DNA of 64,000 nucleotides from Candidatus Thorarchaeota archaeon (GTDB lineage Archaea > Asgardarchaeota > Thorarchaeia > Thorarchaeales > Thorarchaeaceae), in the NCBI GenBank assembly GCA_048882485.1, contig JBHLRP010000005.1, positions 34,601 to 98,600 on the forward strand. Reading direction: 5' to 3'. This document shows, piece after piece, positions 27,730 through 37,968 of the stretch. The position numbers and the translations under genes are program-made. Position 1 is the stretch's first letter. Every line of letters begins with the position of its first letter. Under the pieces are notes generated by a model. That model searched no databases and was not told the DNA's origin. It saw only the letters and a list, made by a program, of their open reading frames with translations.

Positions 27730-29583
27730 ATGGAACCAGGAAAAGACAACACTACCCCGATGCCTGATTTCGAGATATATCGAGTCATCTTTGGCAAATT
27801 GCCTCAGGGTGTGGTCGTTGTCAAGAATGACAAGGTTAAGTATGCTAACTTGGCTCTATCAGATATTTCGGGTGTTCCTCTTGATGAGATTTACTCATGG
27901 GGCATGGATGACATCCTTGGTGTCTTGGCAGGTGAAGATCCTGAAGCTGTCAAGAAACTCTACCAAGATACAGCCAAGGGAAATACTACTGAAGGATTGC
28001 TTCATCTAAGCTTCGTACACCCGAATGGAGAAACGCGGCATATAGAGGTCATACCCACGATAGTTTCGATTGGAAGGGAGAATATCTACCAAGCCATCAT
28101 CACTGATGTGACAGCAAGAGTCCGGGCTGAAACGGCGCTTAGAGAGAATGAAGAACGCTTCAGACAGACCTTTGATGCAATTCCAGATCCCGCCTATGTA
28201 TGGGAGAGAAATAAGGATGGCACAATTGCATTACAGATGGTCAATCAAGCTATGATGCAATTCTCAAATGGCCTAGCAGAGGAATATCTTGGACGGCCAC
28301 CTGAAGATCTCTTTCCTGACAACTCCGAGATGTCATCAATGATCAGGACAACAATGAATGAAGGAGGAAAATCACGCGCTGAAATCGTCTTCAAGATTTC
28401 CTCAATTCCTGCTCATGCAGAGGCGCGACGCTTGATTGTTGATTACACAAGACCGGCTGACAATCTTGTAGTTATGATAACCACAGATGTGACAGATATC
28501 CTCAAGGCGCAGGATGCGATTCGAGAAAGCGAGGAACGATTCCGAAGTATGGCCGAAACCATTCAGGATGGAGTCACAATAATGGAGGGTGGTCCAGTTG
28601 CATATGTCAATGATAGAGCCTGTGAGATATTTGGATACCCTTGTGATGAGTTCATGAAGTTGACCACACTTGATTTAGCCGCACCTGAAGAACGAGAGAG
28701 AGTAGGTGCGATTGTGGCAGAATCTATGACGACAGGTGAGTATCCAGATCAGCTCGACTTCTGGACTGCAAGAAAGGATGGCACTCGACGCTATGTTAGC
28801 AATCGGTTTGCTTCAACTACAAGAGATGATGGAACCCATATTCAGTTTGTTATAACCACTGATATCACTGAACGAATGGAAGCGTACGATGCAGCGATGG
28901 AGTCAAGTGCACGTGCAGAGCTATTCAACGACCTTATGGCACACGATCTAAACAACATCCACCAAGGGATCATGTCTAGTCTTGAGCTACTCATGATGAG
29001 TGGCAATCTTTCACAGAAATCGTTGGATCAGGTAGAGGTTGCATTGGAGCAAGTTAAACGTGGCAGTGAGATTATTGCCAGCGTCAGGAAATATTCGAGA
29101 GTTGTTGAGGCACCCCTAAAATTGTCAGAGTTCGACATTAGTCCCCTACTCCTAACAGCTGAGGTTATGGTGAGCAGCGCATTCCCCGAGAAGAACATCA
29201 ACGTGACCTCGAACTTCAGGAAAGGTGAATTCAAGGTATTTGCAGATGATTTCCTGGTTGATGCATTCTTCAATTTGCTTCACAATGCAGCAAAGCACGA
29301 CCCTAGAAATGAAGTAAATGTAGACGTGAAAGCCAGCATCAATGAAGACTCAAATTCCATCGAAATAATGTTTGAAGACTTTGGGCCAGGTATTAAGGAC
29401 AGCAAGAAGGCTACCCTATTCTCAAGGCTAACTGAGGAAGGCGAGGTGGCAGCTGGAATCGGTCTGACATTGGTCCAAAGGATTGTAAAGCGATATGGGG
29501 GAGAAATTGGTGTTGAGGACCGCGTGAAAGGTGACTTCTCTAGAGGTGCATGCTTCATCATTAGACTTCCATTAGCTTCTTAG
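27730..29583 (+). CDS. Multi-PAS sensor histidine kinase
   Basis: Three PAS domains ending TDVT/TDIT; H-box MAHDLNN, N-box NLLHNAAKH, DFGPGI, GIGL, GACF. Confidence 0.92.
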   Translation: MEPGKDNTTPMPDFEIYRVIFGKLPQGVVVVKNDKVKYANLALSDISGVPLDEIYSWGMDDILGVLAGEDPEAVKKLYQDTAKGNTTEGLLHLSFVHPNGETRHIEVIPTIVSIGRENIYQAIITDVTARVRAETALRENEERFRQTFDAIPDPAYVWERNKDGTIALQMVNQAMMQFSNGLAEEYLGRPPEDLFPDNSEMSSMIRTTMNEGGKSRAEIVFKISSIPAHAEARRLIVDYTRPADNLVVMITTDVTDILKAQDAIRESEERFRSMAETIQDGVTIMEGGPVAYVNDRACEIFGYPCDEFMKLTTLDLAAPEERERVGAIVAESMTTGEYPDQLDFWTARKDGTRRYVSNRFASTTRDDGTHIQFVITTDITERMEAYDAAMESSARAELFNDLMAHDLNNIHQGIMSSLELLMMSGNLSQKSLDQVEVALEQVKRGSEIIASVRKYSRVVEAPLKLSEFDISPLLLTAEVMVSSAFPEKNINVTSNFRKGEFKVFADDFLVDAFFNLLHNAAKHDPRNEVNVDVKASINEDSNSIEIMFEDFGPGIKDSKKATLFSRLTEEGEVAAGIGLTLVQRIVKRYGGEIGVEDRVKGDFSRGACFIIRLPLAS

Positions 29584-29650
29584 CTTACAAAAGGAAAAAG
29601 AGGTAATCCTTTAAAGTGACTCAGCCCTGAGATAGGTTACACAAAGGAGG

Positions 29651-30358
29651 TTGGTTCCTATTCCTTCAAATAATTCTGCAATAGCCAAGGCAAAGCAGGA
29701 TTTCGATAGAATCAAGCAACTACAGAAGATCATTGAAAAAGAGTCTTGCCTACTCATCTATTCATATCTGATGTTGTTCGGTCGAACAACGCCAGCGAAG
29801 CTCCGAGAAGTCACTGGATTAAGCAAAGCAACCATGTTTAGGAATTTAGCCTTGCTCCATGATGCTGGGATATTAGCAAAAGAAGAAGTGGCAGTTTCTG
29901 ATAGACGATACGGTCTTCACTACTATATTGCGAAGAATCTCCTAGATGTAGCTAGACAGCTTTATACGAAGAGGGTTGGGGAATATGGAGCAAAACGAGA
30001 CGGTCAAAAAGTTCTCAGACGGTGGGTCGTGGCCTTGGAAACGTTGCCCCTCACACTCAATCGTTTCACAACAGAATTAATGCTGAAAATGGCACAGTCT
30101 CCATCCGAAGCAGACTCAGATGAGTGCGTTGTCATCACTAAGATGATCGCATTTCGAGTGGGGGATATTAGAGATGCACCAAAGATTTTCGACAGGATCA
30201 GAGAACTTGTTAGTGCATTTGAAGAACAAGGGACCAAACGTCGTAACTGGAAGAAGCCTCTTAGTCAGCCTGCAACCATGATAGTGAATCTGGTGGCAAT
30301 GGGTGGAGAGATTCCAGCGAACTCGTGTGCGATTGTGTCAGATAGAATTGAGTGCTAG
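29651..30358 (+). CDS. wHTH transcriptional regulator
   Basis: TPAKLREVTGLSKATMFRNLALLHDAGIL. Confidence 0.75.
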   Translation: MVPIPSNNSAIAKAKQDFDRIKQLQKIIEKESCLLIYSYLMLFGRTTPAKLREVTGLSKATMFRNLALLHDAGILAKEEVAVSDRRYGLHYYIAKNLLDVARQLYTKRVGEYGAKRDGQKVLRRWVVALETLPLTLNRFTTELMLKMAQSPSEADSDECVVITKMIAFRVGDIRDAPKIFDRIRELVSAFEEQGTKRRNWKKPLSQPATMIVNLVAMGGEIPANSCAIVSDRIEC

Positions 30359-30546
30359 CTCAATGACTTCAAGAGAAACGCTAATTCGACTCAGGAAGAA
30401 TTTTGCATGATGATTTGCTTGCTTGGATTCCAAACCCCCCAATCTTCGACATTCCACTCGTGCTCTATGACATCATACATGCAAGATCCCGTGGTTTTAT
30501 TCCAATAAGACCAGTCTTGATCTCTCTTGGGCTGAAGTTGCCTCCA

Positions 30547-32121
30547 TCAACCTCGTTTCATGAAGACAACCATGACAGCAATGATTCCAATGATAAGTAT
30601 GGACGCTCCTAATATCGGGAGCGGGAATGGGACCTCCAAGACGGATACATCAACAATCACTGTGTCATTCGTCTTCTGTCCGATATCATTTTCAATCTCC
30701 AATGTATATTCGTGTTCACCAGGCTCAAGGACTCCTAGATTGAAGGATAGCAGAGCGGGTCTCCAAAATCTGTCATAGAGGAAAGCGCCTGAATCCAGTT
30801 GGTCGGTGCTATTGCTGAAAGTGAAGTTTCCCTCCACTGTCTTTCTAGGTCTGTAATTGTAGAACGTCTGCCATTGAAGAACCACTTCTTCTTCTGGTTC
30901 AAAATGAAGCTGCGTGGGACTTAGCAGGATTGGAGCATATCGAAAGCGTTCTATTCTGTATACTCCATATCTATACAGCTCATTGGTTCTAAATGTAAAC
31001 TGCCAGGCAATATCTCCTTCTTCAGTGACCTCAATTAGATGAGCGCCGTGCTCATAGCCTGGTCGTGATGCTGCACCAAACACTCCTAGTCGGTTTCCAT
31101 TGGGCAGTCTATCAGCATCTCCCCAAAGGAACGACCAATGTATGTCAGTCCCTCTCCACACCCAAGTCAAATGCGCTTCCATTGTGACCTCATCAATAGT
31201 AATCTCAATCATTCGTGACTTGTGGCTTCCTTCAAAATTCTGATTGTGATGGTCATTGTCAAAGAGGATGAATGTATTGTCATCTACCCTCTCCAGAGAA
31301 TGTGGATGGAAGAACAAGTGATCAACTTCGACACCCAATGAATCGTACATTGTGAAATTTCCATATTCACCCAAACCCCAGATGACTTCTCCGGTCTTAT
31401 GATCAATCTTGTAGAATGTATTCACGTTCCTTGGATTATAGTAGATCATATCCTCATCTGCATCGTAGAATAGAGTGTTGGAATGAGTGATGTCCTGATA
31501 GCCGCCAAAAAGGTCTCCGTAGGGACACCCCATGTCAGGTCTTATGAACTCACTAACATCTAGCGACCAGACTAAATTGCCATTGAGGTCATATTCATGT
31601 ATTAGGTCGAAAAGATATGTTGCGTTATCAATCACTATCTGGTTGTATTTGAAGGTGAATACAGTATCGTTGTTTGGATTGTACTCATACTCGTGATGTC
31701 CATAACAATTGAGGTATCTTGTCGTGCCAGTGTAGAGGTTTACAAGAGCTACGTTGAAAGGGTATCCAACTAGAAGCGTCGTGGGACTTACGAAATCCAT
31801 TGACAGGTCTGCCAGTTCGTAGACACTGCTGTTTGTCAGAATGCGCTCATAGTGAACATTTCCATCCATGTCGCAGATTATTAAGGTCTGGTTGTTCTGA
31901 CGATTTTCTATATCTCGTTCCCTCAGTACAAATGCGTTATAGCCCTCGAAAGCTGCTTGAGTCTTTGTCACTTCAACTTCTCCACGCATGATTTCTGCCA
32001 TATGAAAGGATGGAGATTGCAGTACCTCAGCCATAGCTGGAGTTGCTGGTTGGATGAGAATGATCAGCAAGAGAACGAGCAGTAACCGTCGATGCCAGAG
32101 CAGCCTCTCTTTGCTAGACAT
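30547..32121 (-). CDS. Aryl-sulfate sulfotransferase (ASST)-like beta-propeller, surface anchored
   Basis: HHEY, DITHSNT, HPHS, LFDND, WGDADRLPNGN, YRIER; signal peptide and C-terminal TM helix. Confidence 0.8.
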   Translation of the reverse strand: MSSKERLLWHRRLLLVLLLIILIQPATPAMAEVLQSPSFHMAEIMRGEVEVTKTQAAFEGYNAFVLRERDIENRQNNQTLIICDMDGNVHYERILTNSSVYELADLSMDFVSPTTLLVGYPFNVALVNLYTGTTRYLNCYGHHEYEYNPNNDTVFTFKYNQIVIDNATYLFDLIHEYDLNGNLVWSLDVSEFIRPDMGCPYGDLFGGYQDITHSNTLFYDADEDMIYYNPRNVNTFYKIDHKTGEVIWGLGEYGNFTMYDSLGVEVDHLFFHPHSLERVDDNTFILFDNDHHNQNFEGSHKSRMIEITIDEVTMEAHLTWVWRGTDIHWSFLWGDADRLPNGNRLGVFGAASRPGYEHGAHLIEVTEEGDIAWQFTFRTNELYRYGVYRIERFRYAPILLSPTQLHFEPEEEVVLQWQTFYNYRPRKTVEGNFTFSNSTDQLDSGAFLYDRFWRPALLSFNLGVLEPGEHEYTLEIENDIGQKTNDTVIVDVSVLEVPFPLPILGASILIIGIIAVMVVFMKRG

Positions 32122-32270
32122 TGCGCTATCCAACCTGAATGCGAATCTACCTGTTCTTCGGGCTATACAGCTGGGAGTCAATGGGTACTATTAGATTTCC
32201 GGTTTTCCCGAATATATGGCCACATCCGAGCAACTAAAAGGCATAGCTTGAGGAGCACAGTTTGTTAAAA

Positions 32271-33236
32271 ATGGCAATTGAGAAACGTAGGCTCGGAAAG
32301 ACAGACCTTGAAGTCTCTCCAATTGGATTGGGAGCTATGCAGTTTGCGGGAGGTAGCGGCTTCTTCAGATTCTACCTCACTCGTATTGCTCCTGATTGCA
32401 TAGACGAGATAGTGCAGCTTGCCCTCGACAATGGGATCAACTGGATTGATACGGCTGAGGTTTACGGCGGAGGTGCCTCTGAGAGGGCTGTGGCTCATGG
32501 TCTTGCCTCGGTCGGGAAATCTCCAGGAGATGTGATTGTCACAACCAAATGGATGCCAGTACTGAAGAGTGCTAGTAGCATCCGAAAGGCGGCTGAGAAG
32601 AGCACCAATCGACTCACCCCGTATCCAATTGACCTTTATCTAGTCCATCAGCCATTCTCAAGGTCCTCAATCAAAACACAGATGAATGCGATGGCGGATC
32701 TTGTTGACGCTGGGCTGGTGCAGGCTGTAGGAGTTAGCAATTTTTCGAATGTGAAGATGTTTTCTGCTCACGAGGCTCTGGCTGAAAGAGGGATTCATCT
32801 TGCTACAAATCAGGTACAGTTCAGTCTGCTACATAGAAATATCGAACATAATGGAGTACTTGAGGCTGCTCGAGACTTGGATGTGACAATTACCGCGTAC
32901 ACTCCACTTGGCATGGGAGTCCTTACAGGGAGACTGCACAGCAATCCGGAGTTGTTTAGCAGCATGCCTCGGTTTCGGCGTTCAAGGCTTAGAGGGAAGA
33001 TCAAAGAGAGTAAACCGCTAGTTGATGAGCTTGAGGCAATTGCTCGAGAGCATGAAGCTACTGCTGCTCAAGTAGCCTTAAGTTGGACAATCAACTATCA
33101 TGGGGACAAGGTCGTGGCTATTCCAGGAGCCAGTAAGCCCTACCAAGCAGAGCAAAATGCTGGTGCCATGCGCGTTTCGCTCACATCTGAACAGATGGAG
33201 TCACTTTCAACTCTATCATCTGAACTGGCTGGATGA
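32271..33236 (+). CDS. Aldo/keto reductase
   Basis: VSPIGLGAMQ, IDTAEVYG, IDLYLVHQP, VGVSNF, AYTPLGMG, AIPGA. Confidence 0.93.
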   Translation: MAIEKRRLGKTDLEVSPIGLGAMQFAGGSGFFRFYLTRIAPDCIDEIVQLALDNGINWIDTAEVYGGGASERAVAHGLASVGKSPGDVIVTTKWMPVLKSASSIRKAAEKSTNRLTPYPIDLYLVHQPFSRSSIKTQMNAMADLVDAGLVQAVGVSNFSNVKMFSAHEALAERGIHLATNQVQFSLLHRNIEHNGVLEAARDLDVTITAYTPLGMGVLTGRLHSNPELFSSMPRFRRSRLRGKIKESKPLVDELEAIAREHEATAAQVALSWTINYHGDKVVAIPGASKPYQAEQNAGAMRVSLTSEQMESLSTLSSELAG

Positions 33237-33272
33237 CAACATCAGGTGGCGATGCCTACTGATTAATGCAAA

Positions 33273-34040
33273 CTATGGATCCCAGTCATACTTGATGAAT
33301 TGATATGGAGCATACTCATCAGGATCCAGTTCCTCCATTATCTCCCCAAATGGCATAGTTGTCGTTGCTCCCTCAGTGTAGGAAACTAACATCACATCGA
33401 CTATTGGAATCTGATGCAATGGATCATACTTTGATTCAGGGAATCTCACAGTGCCCTCACCAATCTCCAGCTTGACAAGCTCTGTTCTATTTTGCTGCCT
33501 CATAAGCAAGGGCTTCATACCGACACCAAGCCCTCTCTCGTCCAAAATGGACTTTACTAGAAAATGAGGTCCCTGTGGAGACCGCTCCTCCATAACGTCA
33601 GTAAGTGTCACTTCAATCTCTACAATGGGGGCTCCTCGTCTGACACAAACTCCCTTTGCGTTGCTGCCTGCTCTCTCAACTGTGATGGAATCTGCAATCT
33701 TTTTCGGGTATCCATAGATCTCTCTTCCCCCAATCATTGCAATATCATTATTCACTGGCATTGATATACAGTAACTCCCTGTTTCTCCTTTATACTGCAC
33801 TGGTAGGAAGACTGCAGCTTCATTATAGGGCGGGCAGAAGTTCGGCTCGTGGAATTCAGCCACATAGGTTGATGCCATAAGGATTGGTCCTGGCTCAAGC
33901 GGTGGCGGGATGACCTGTCTGATTGCGTCTTCAGTCGTCGTGAACATGGCAATAATCATGGTGGCATTGGTGAGCACATAGCCCTCAGCAAACTTCTTGG
34001 AACGTTCTTCTATTTCTTCCATTGTTCTTGTGAGTTTCAT
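33273..34040 (-). CDS. Acetoacetate decarboxylase family protein
   Basis: IPPPLEP, YNEA, GGREIYGYPKK (Schiff-base Lys motif). Confidence 0.88.
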   Translation of the reverse strand: MKLTRTMEEIEERSKKFAEGYVLTNATMIIAMFTTTEDAIRQVIPPPLEPGPILMASTYVAEFHEPNFCPPYNEAAVFLPVQYKGETGSYCISMPVNNDIAMIGGREIYGYPKKIADSITVERAGSNAKGVCVRRGAPIVEIEVTLTDVMEERSPQGPHFLVKSILDERGLGVGMKPLLMRQQNRTELVKLEIGEGTVRFPESKYDPLHQIPIVDVMLVSYTEGATTTMPFGEIMEELDPDEYAPYQFIKYDWDP

Positions 34041-34122
34041 CCAACAATCTCCTCAGCTGCCATAAAACAAGCTTGGGGCGATGAGCTTAGCACTGAAGTA
34101 TAAGTCTAGCGAATCTGAGACC

Positions 34123-34518
34123 CTAGAGCATCTGTGCAACCATTGGAGAGAAGAATGGTATGAGCCAGAAAAGCCAGACAAATTTCGAGAAGCGATGAAA
34201 CATGGCAGCTGAAATCTCATCCCCGCGTGTCAACACTCTGATTGCCCAGACCGCATGAACCAGCATTAGGATGATTGCCGCAAGTCCAGTGACTGAATGA
34301 AAAATCGCATCAAGAGGGTCCAAGACCGTGCCTCCTGTGTCTAGGTTCAAAGCCATGATGGTTGTTCCCGTAGTGTCACAAAGAACACCAATACAGAACA
34401 TCACCACAAAGACAGGTTTGAGATCCCCAGTAATCTGCTCGCCCCAAACAGCAATTGAGTAAGTGATTAGGGCTGCTCCTATGAAGTAACTTCCATACGT
34501 GTAAACGATTTGCGCCAT
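34123..34518 (-). CDS. HsmA-like (TIGR03987) membrane protein
   Basis: ALITYSIAVWGE, CDTTGTTIM, HSVTG..AI.LMLVHAVWA, FHRFS.FVW.FWLIP. True start is ATG 34518. Confidence 0.8.
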   Translation of the reverse strand: MAQIVYTYGSYFIGAALITYSIAVWGEQITGDLKPVFVVMFCIGVLCDTTGTTIMALNLDTGGTVLDPLDAIFHSVTGLAAIILMLVHAVWAIRVLTRGDEISAAMFHRFSKFVWLFWLIPFFSPMVAQML

Positions 34519-34621
34519 GTTCGAATCCCCTTGTTTGATTCGATTGCTCGAATCGTTCCTGCTTTCAAGTCTTTCGTCTGTCCATTCGGGAAATCGGGGA
34601 ATCTTTTCCTCCGTCCACTCG

Positions 34622-35053
34622 TCATGTTGCTTTCTTCGGACTTTTCTTGATGTGTAACAGCTTCCTGATATCCTCAAAGTCGCTGAATGGTGGCACCTTG
34701 ATGTGCAACCATTTTCCATCATGATACTGCTTTGTGTTCTCAAAGAGATCCACAATTTCCGGGCTGAATTCATCCTTCGAGTCCTCGAATTTCTCGACCT
34801 CTTTCTTTCCAAAGATTATCAGAACTGTGAGTTCTTCCTTCTTTGGATAGAAGGTGATTAGAGTCTTGCCGCTTCTGCGGTATCGGATAGTGGCTTCAAG
34901 CTCATCATTCTCCCTCACAGGTTCAAATTCGTAGTTCTTTCTGAGGTATTTGGTGACGATCTTCCACATCCTCCCACCCTGACTGCCAAGTAACTTCATC
35001 ATCTCATTGTTTGAAGGTGCATTATTCGAGCTTTCTGCATCTCCTCCAGTCAT
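34622..35053 (-). CDS. DUF3788 family protein
   Basis: RYRRSGKTLITFYP, VLIIFGKKE, YHDGKWL, DIRKLLHIKK.P. Confidence 0.8.
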   Translation of the reverse strand: MTGGDAESSNNAPSNNEMMKLLGSQGGRMWKIVTKYLRKNYEFEPVRENDELEATIRYRRSGKTLITFYPKKEELTVLIIFGKKEVEKFEDSKDEFSPEIVDLFENTKQYHDGKWLHIKVPPFSDFEDIRKLLHIKKSPKKAT

Positions 35054-35240
35054 GAAAATCACCATGTGTCATTGAATTCGCTCTGTATTCAATCTGTCGA
35101 GCCTCAAACGTTCTCAATGGGAAGGGTGTTCTAGGGACGATTCTTCAATAATAAAGCGATATCAGCAACTACAACTTCTGCGACAGTGATTATCAACATT
35201 GCATGAGGCACAAGGGGATTTCACTTATGAACGAATAATT

Positions 35241-35275
35241 GAGGAAAAGGAAGAGGGAGAAGGAGGATAAAAAAG
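35241..35275 (-). terminator. Polypyrimidine / oligo-T tract after the 35290 stop
   Basis: Minus strand reads CTTTTTTATCCTCCTTCTCCCTCTTCCTTTTCCTC. Confidence 0.4.
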
Positions 35276-35289
35276 TCCTTGCTCCCCAG

Positions 35290-36114
35290 TCATCTCCGTC
35301 TAAGGAAAACGATTGCCAACACAATTACAGCTACAGCCGCTCCGCCTCCAATGACAATCAGTTCCCAAGGTAGGGGTGGTGAAGTTGGGATTGGAGTTGT
35401 GGGTGAAGTTGGAGTTGATGATGACGGCTCAGGATATGGAACAACAACTATGTTGTCGAGTGCATATCCGGCTTCAGCAGTGAATGTGAACAGGTCGCTT
35501 GTTGTGTGAGTCGTATCCGTGACTGTGATTCCCAAAGTGTCGTTAAAATGCACCTCAAAGTTGCCATCATAATCTCGGGTGATATTGATATGCCACCATC
35601 CAGTAACGTCTTCCACATCATAGTCTCCTATTACAGATAACAACGGATTGTCTGAGGGTCTACGGTACAGTAGGAATGCGCTGCTATAACCCTCATAAGA
35701 ACCCACAACAGTGATGATACCATACTCGAATGGAAAATCTAGATCCTCAGGAACCAATACGGGACTTCCAGATACAAATGCAATATAGCTACGTCTAGTT
35801 GCAGTGTCTACACAATGGACATCAAAAGCCCATGAGCCATAAGCAACGATACTTGTCCGCCATGCTTCATTCCAGTATGGACCATAAGCACGCATTGTTT
35901 TGTCATCAGCTGTGATGTTCCCAGGGATCTTCGTCCATGGAGGGAGAGCCGGACGGAATCCTTGGACACTCCATCCACTTTCAGTGATGTTTCCATGATC
36001 AAAGTCATCTGACCATGCTTCCTCCAATGTCGCATTTGATGTTGCTGTGCATAACGAGATACAAAGAGCAAACATTGCAAAACCTGCAATTAGATGCATC
36101 TTTCTTGTTTTCAT
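35290..36114 (-). CDS. Secreted lectin/jelly-roll-like protein with a Pro/Thr linker and C-terminal TM anchor
   Basis: Signal peptide, WSDDFD, YGSWAFD, WWHINITRD, LDNIVV, PTSPTTP, TM helix, RRR. Confidence 0.7.
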   Translation of the reverse strand: MKTRKMHLIAGFAMFALCISLCTATSNATLEEAWSDDFDHGNITESGWSVQGFRPALPPWTKIPGNITADDKTMRAYGPYWNEAWRTSIVAYGSWAFDVHCVDTATRRSYIAFVSGSPVLVPEDLDFPFEYGIITVVGSYEGYSSAFLLYRRPSDNPLLSVIGDYDVEDVTGWWHINITRDYDGNFEVHFNDTLGITVTDTTHTTSDLFTFTAEAGYALDNIVVVPYPEPSSSTPTSPTTPIPTSPPLPWELIVIGGGAAVAVIVLAIVFLRRR

Positions 36115-36219
36115 TAAATTATCCACCCATCCTTTGCTTACGTGACAAAGAACTGAACTTCATGTATGTTTGGTACTCGTTATCTCTGAGGGTCTTCTCA
36201 TCGGGATGTCTACAGAAGA

Positions 36220-37404
36220 TCACGATGCATACTCCCCGTTTGACATAATCTTCCAGAGCTTGGCCATTCTTCGAAATTGCACCAATGCAATTGCACTTGT
36301 CACAAGAATCATTCCACAACCTGCAAGGAACCACACAGACTCCCTAGCTACAAACTCCTCGTGTGTTAACTCTTCGAATACAGGTTCCCAGGCGTTGTTC
36401 TCCACGGTTTTGCGATTTGATTCTTCGAGGGAGGTGCCATAGTCGTTGTTGTTGCACGTGTTGTTTTCCACTGTGTTGAAATATGATTCTTTAAGGAGAA
36501 TGTCATAGTCGTTGTTGTTGCATGTGTTGTTCTCCACTGTGTTGTAATCTGATCCATCCAGGGAGATGCCAATACTGTTGTTGTGTACGCTGTTGCTTGA
36601 AATCGTGTTGCTATTGCTTTGCGTCAAGAATATCCCCTCCTGAGAATTGCTGTTCGCAGTGTTTTCTGCTATGATGTTGTTGCTACCACGGTGGAGTCCT
36701 AGCCCATAGTCGCTGTTGTTGAAAGCGATATTGCCTGACATAATATTGCCAGTACCATCATCTATGCCTATCCCGTCATCGTCGTTATTGTTGGCGATGT
36801 TTCCTGCGATGATATTGTTGTGGCCTTCCAGAGTTATTCCTTGTCCATTGTCATTGAGGAGGTTCGCTACGATTGCGTTGTTATTACCGGTGACCACCCG
36901 GATCCCATTCATGGAGTTGTTGGAGCAGATGTTGTTCGCCAATTTGCCATTTGTGACATTCTCTAGAAAGATTCCAGCTCCATCAATCTTGCTAGACCAC
37001 CCCCTGGCTCCAGTAAGATTGCAGTTGCGTATAGTGAAGCTGACTCGCGTATTCCTGATGCTAATGCAATTACCAGCGGCACCGCCAAAGGCAATTTCCA
37101 ATCCTTCAATTATGTACGGATTAGCAGGAGAACCATCACCAGGCCATCCCTCTAGCAGAGCTGTAGCTGCAAAGTTGGCATCTCCATCAATCTCCATGAC
37201 ATCGTGTGGGATGCTTTGTATTGGCAGAGGAGGCAAGTATGGTGGTGGTTGCATCCAATAATACGCTAGACCGGCTGCTGTCAAGATGAATGTTAGACTC
37301 GCAGCTATCAAGATCGTTCTTGGCTTCAAATACGGATTCAGACCCTTCTTGGACTTTGGAGTAATCGGGCATATTCTTGATCTGATTTCTACTTCTGATT
37401 CCAC
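36220..37404 (-). CDS. Parallel beta-helix (NosD-like) repeat protein with N- and C-terminal TM segments
   Basis: GWPGDGSPANPYIIEGL; many N.I..N...NN..GI repeats. Confidence 0.8.
   Translation of the reverse strand: MESEVEIRSRICPITPKSKKGLNPYLKPRTILIAASLTFILTAAGLAYYWMQPPPYLPPLPIQSIPHDVMEIDGDANFAATALLEGWPGDGSPANPYIIEGLEIAFGGAAGNCISIRNTRVSFTIRNCNLTGARGWSSKIDGAGIFLENVTNGKLANNICSNNSMNGIRVVTGNNNAIVANLLNDNGQGITLEGHNNIIAGNIANNNDDDGIGIDDGTGNIMSGNIAFNNSDYGLGLHRGSNNIIAENTANSNSQEGIFLTQSNSNTISSNSVHNNSIGISLDGSDYNTVENNTCNNNDYDILLKESYFNTVENNTCNNNDYGTSLEESNRKTVENNAWEPVFEELTHEEFVARESVWFLAGCGMILVTSAIALVQFRRMAKLWKIMSNGEYAS
36438..36544. repeat. 41-bp direct repeat (2 mismatches, 66-bp period) encoding duplicated beta-helix turns
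   Basis: catagtcgttgttgttgca(c/t)gtgttgtt(t/c)tccactgtgttg at 36438-36478 and 36504-36544. Confidence 0.85.
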
Positions 37405-37871
37405 CTCAGTCGCCTTCCAATTATATCAACTAGGTACACGCCGAGTTCTGTTGGAGGCCTGTCATCTGGAAGAGGGACCTCCCACTCCTCAGCCAGTGTT
37501 CGTAGAGTCTTTAGGCATTGGTCCTCCGTTCCGCATGTGCCACAATCACGCTCGTGCTCATACCAGATTTGAAGACCAATCTTTGGAGAGTAGAAGATGT
37601 ATGTGTTTGTATCGTAGGCAGCACAGTATCCTTTGGCAATGCCATATCGTGTGCTGAGTCGCTCTATCTTTACTCGATTGACCGATGCTGTATGCTGAAG
37701 GAGTTTGAGGATTCGTTCCTCAGCTGTCTTCTGGGCCATAGTGACAAATGGTCTTGATACCTTCAGATCCTTGGCGATTTCTGAGGGTCTTTCCCTCTGA
37801 CGGCGTCTGAGCCAGATAAGGCCCTGTTGCTTGGTGGGATATCGAAGGTAGCTGAACATTTCTTGACCCAT
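37389..37871 (-). CDS. HTH protein with a C-terminal His/Cys cluster
   Basis: PSEIAKDLKVSRPFVT; HERDCGTC...C. Confidence 0.65.
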   Translation of the reverse strand: MGQEMFSYLRYPTKQQGLIWLRRRQRERPSEIAKDLKVSRPFVTMAQKTAEERILKLLQHTASVNRVKIERLSTRYGIAKGYCAAYDTNTYIFYSPKIGLQIWYEHERDCGTCGTEDQCLKTLRTLAEEWEVPLPDDRPPTELGVYLVDIIGRRLRWNQK

Positions 37872-37968
37872 CCGAGTTAATGCGAATACCTTAACAGAAT
37901 TAACCTAAACACTTGAACTACTCGTTAATAAATCATTCGGATTCCCAAGTAAAGGACTGTGAAGACTT

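Noticed and set aside
34519-34812. N-terminal extension of the 229-aa ORF in the track
   Set aside because: It overlaps the DUF3788 gene in another frame; the HsmA-like protein begins at ATG 34518
36438-36544. Direct repeats as a CRISPR array
   Set aside because: Only two copies, in frame within a beta-helix CDS, and no cas genes
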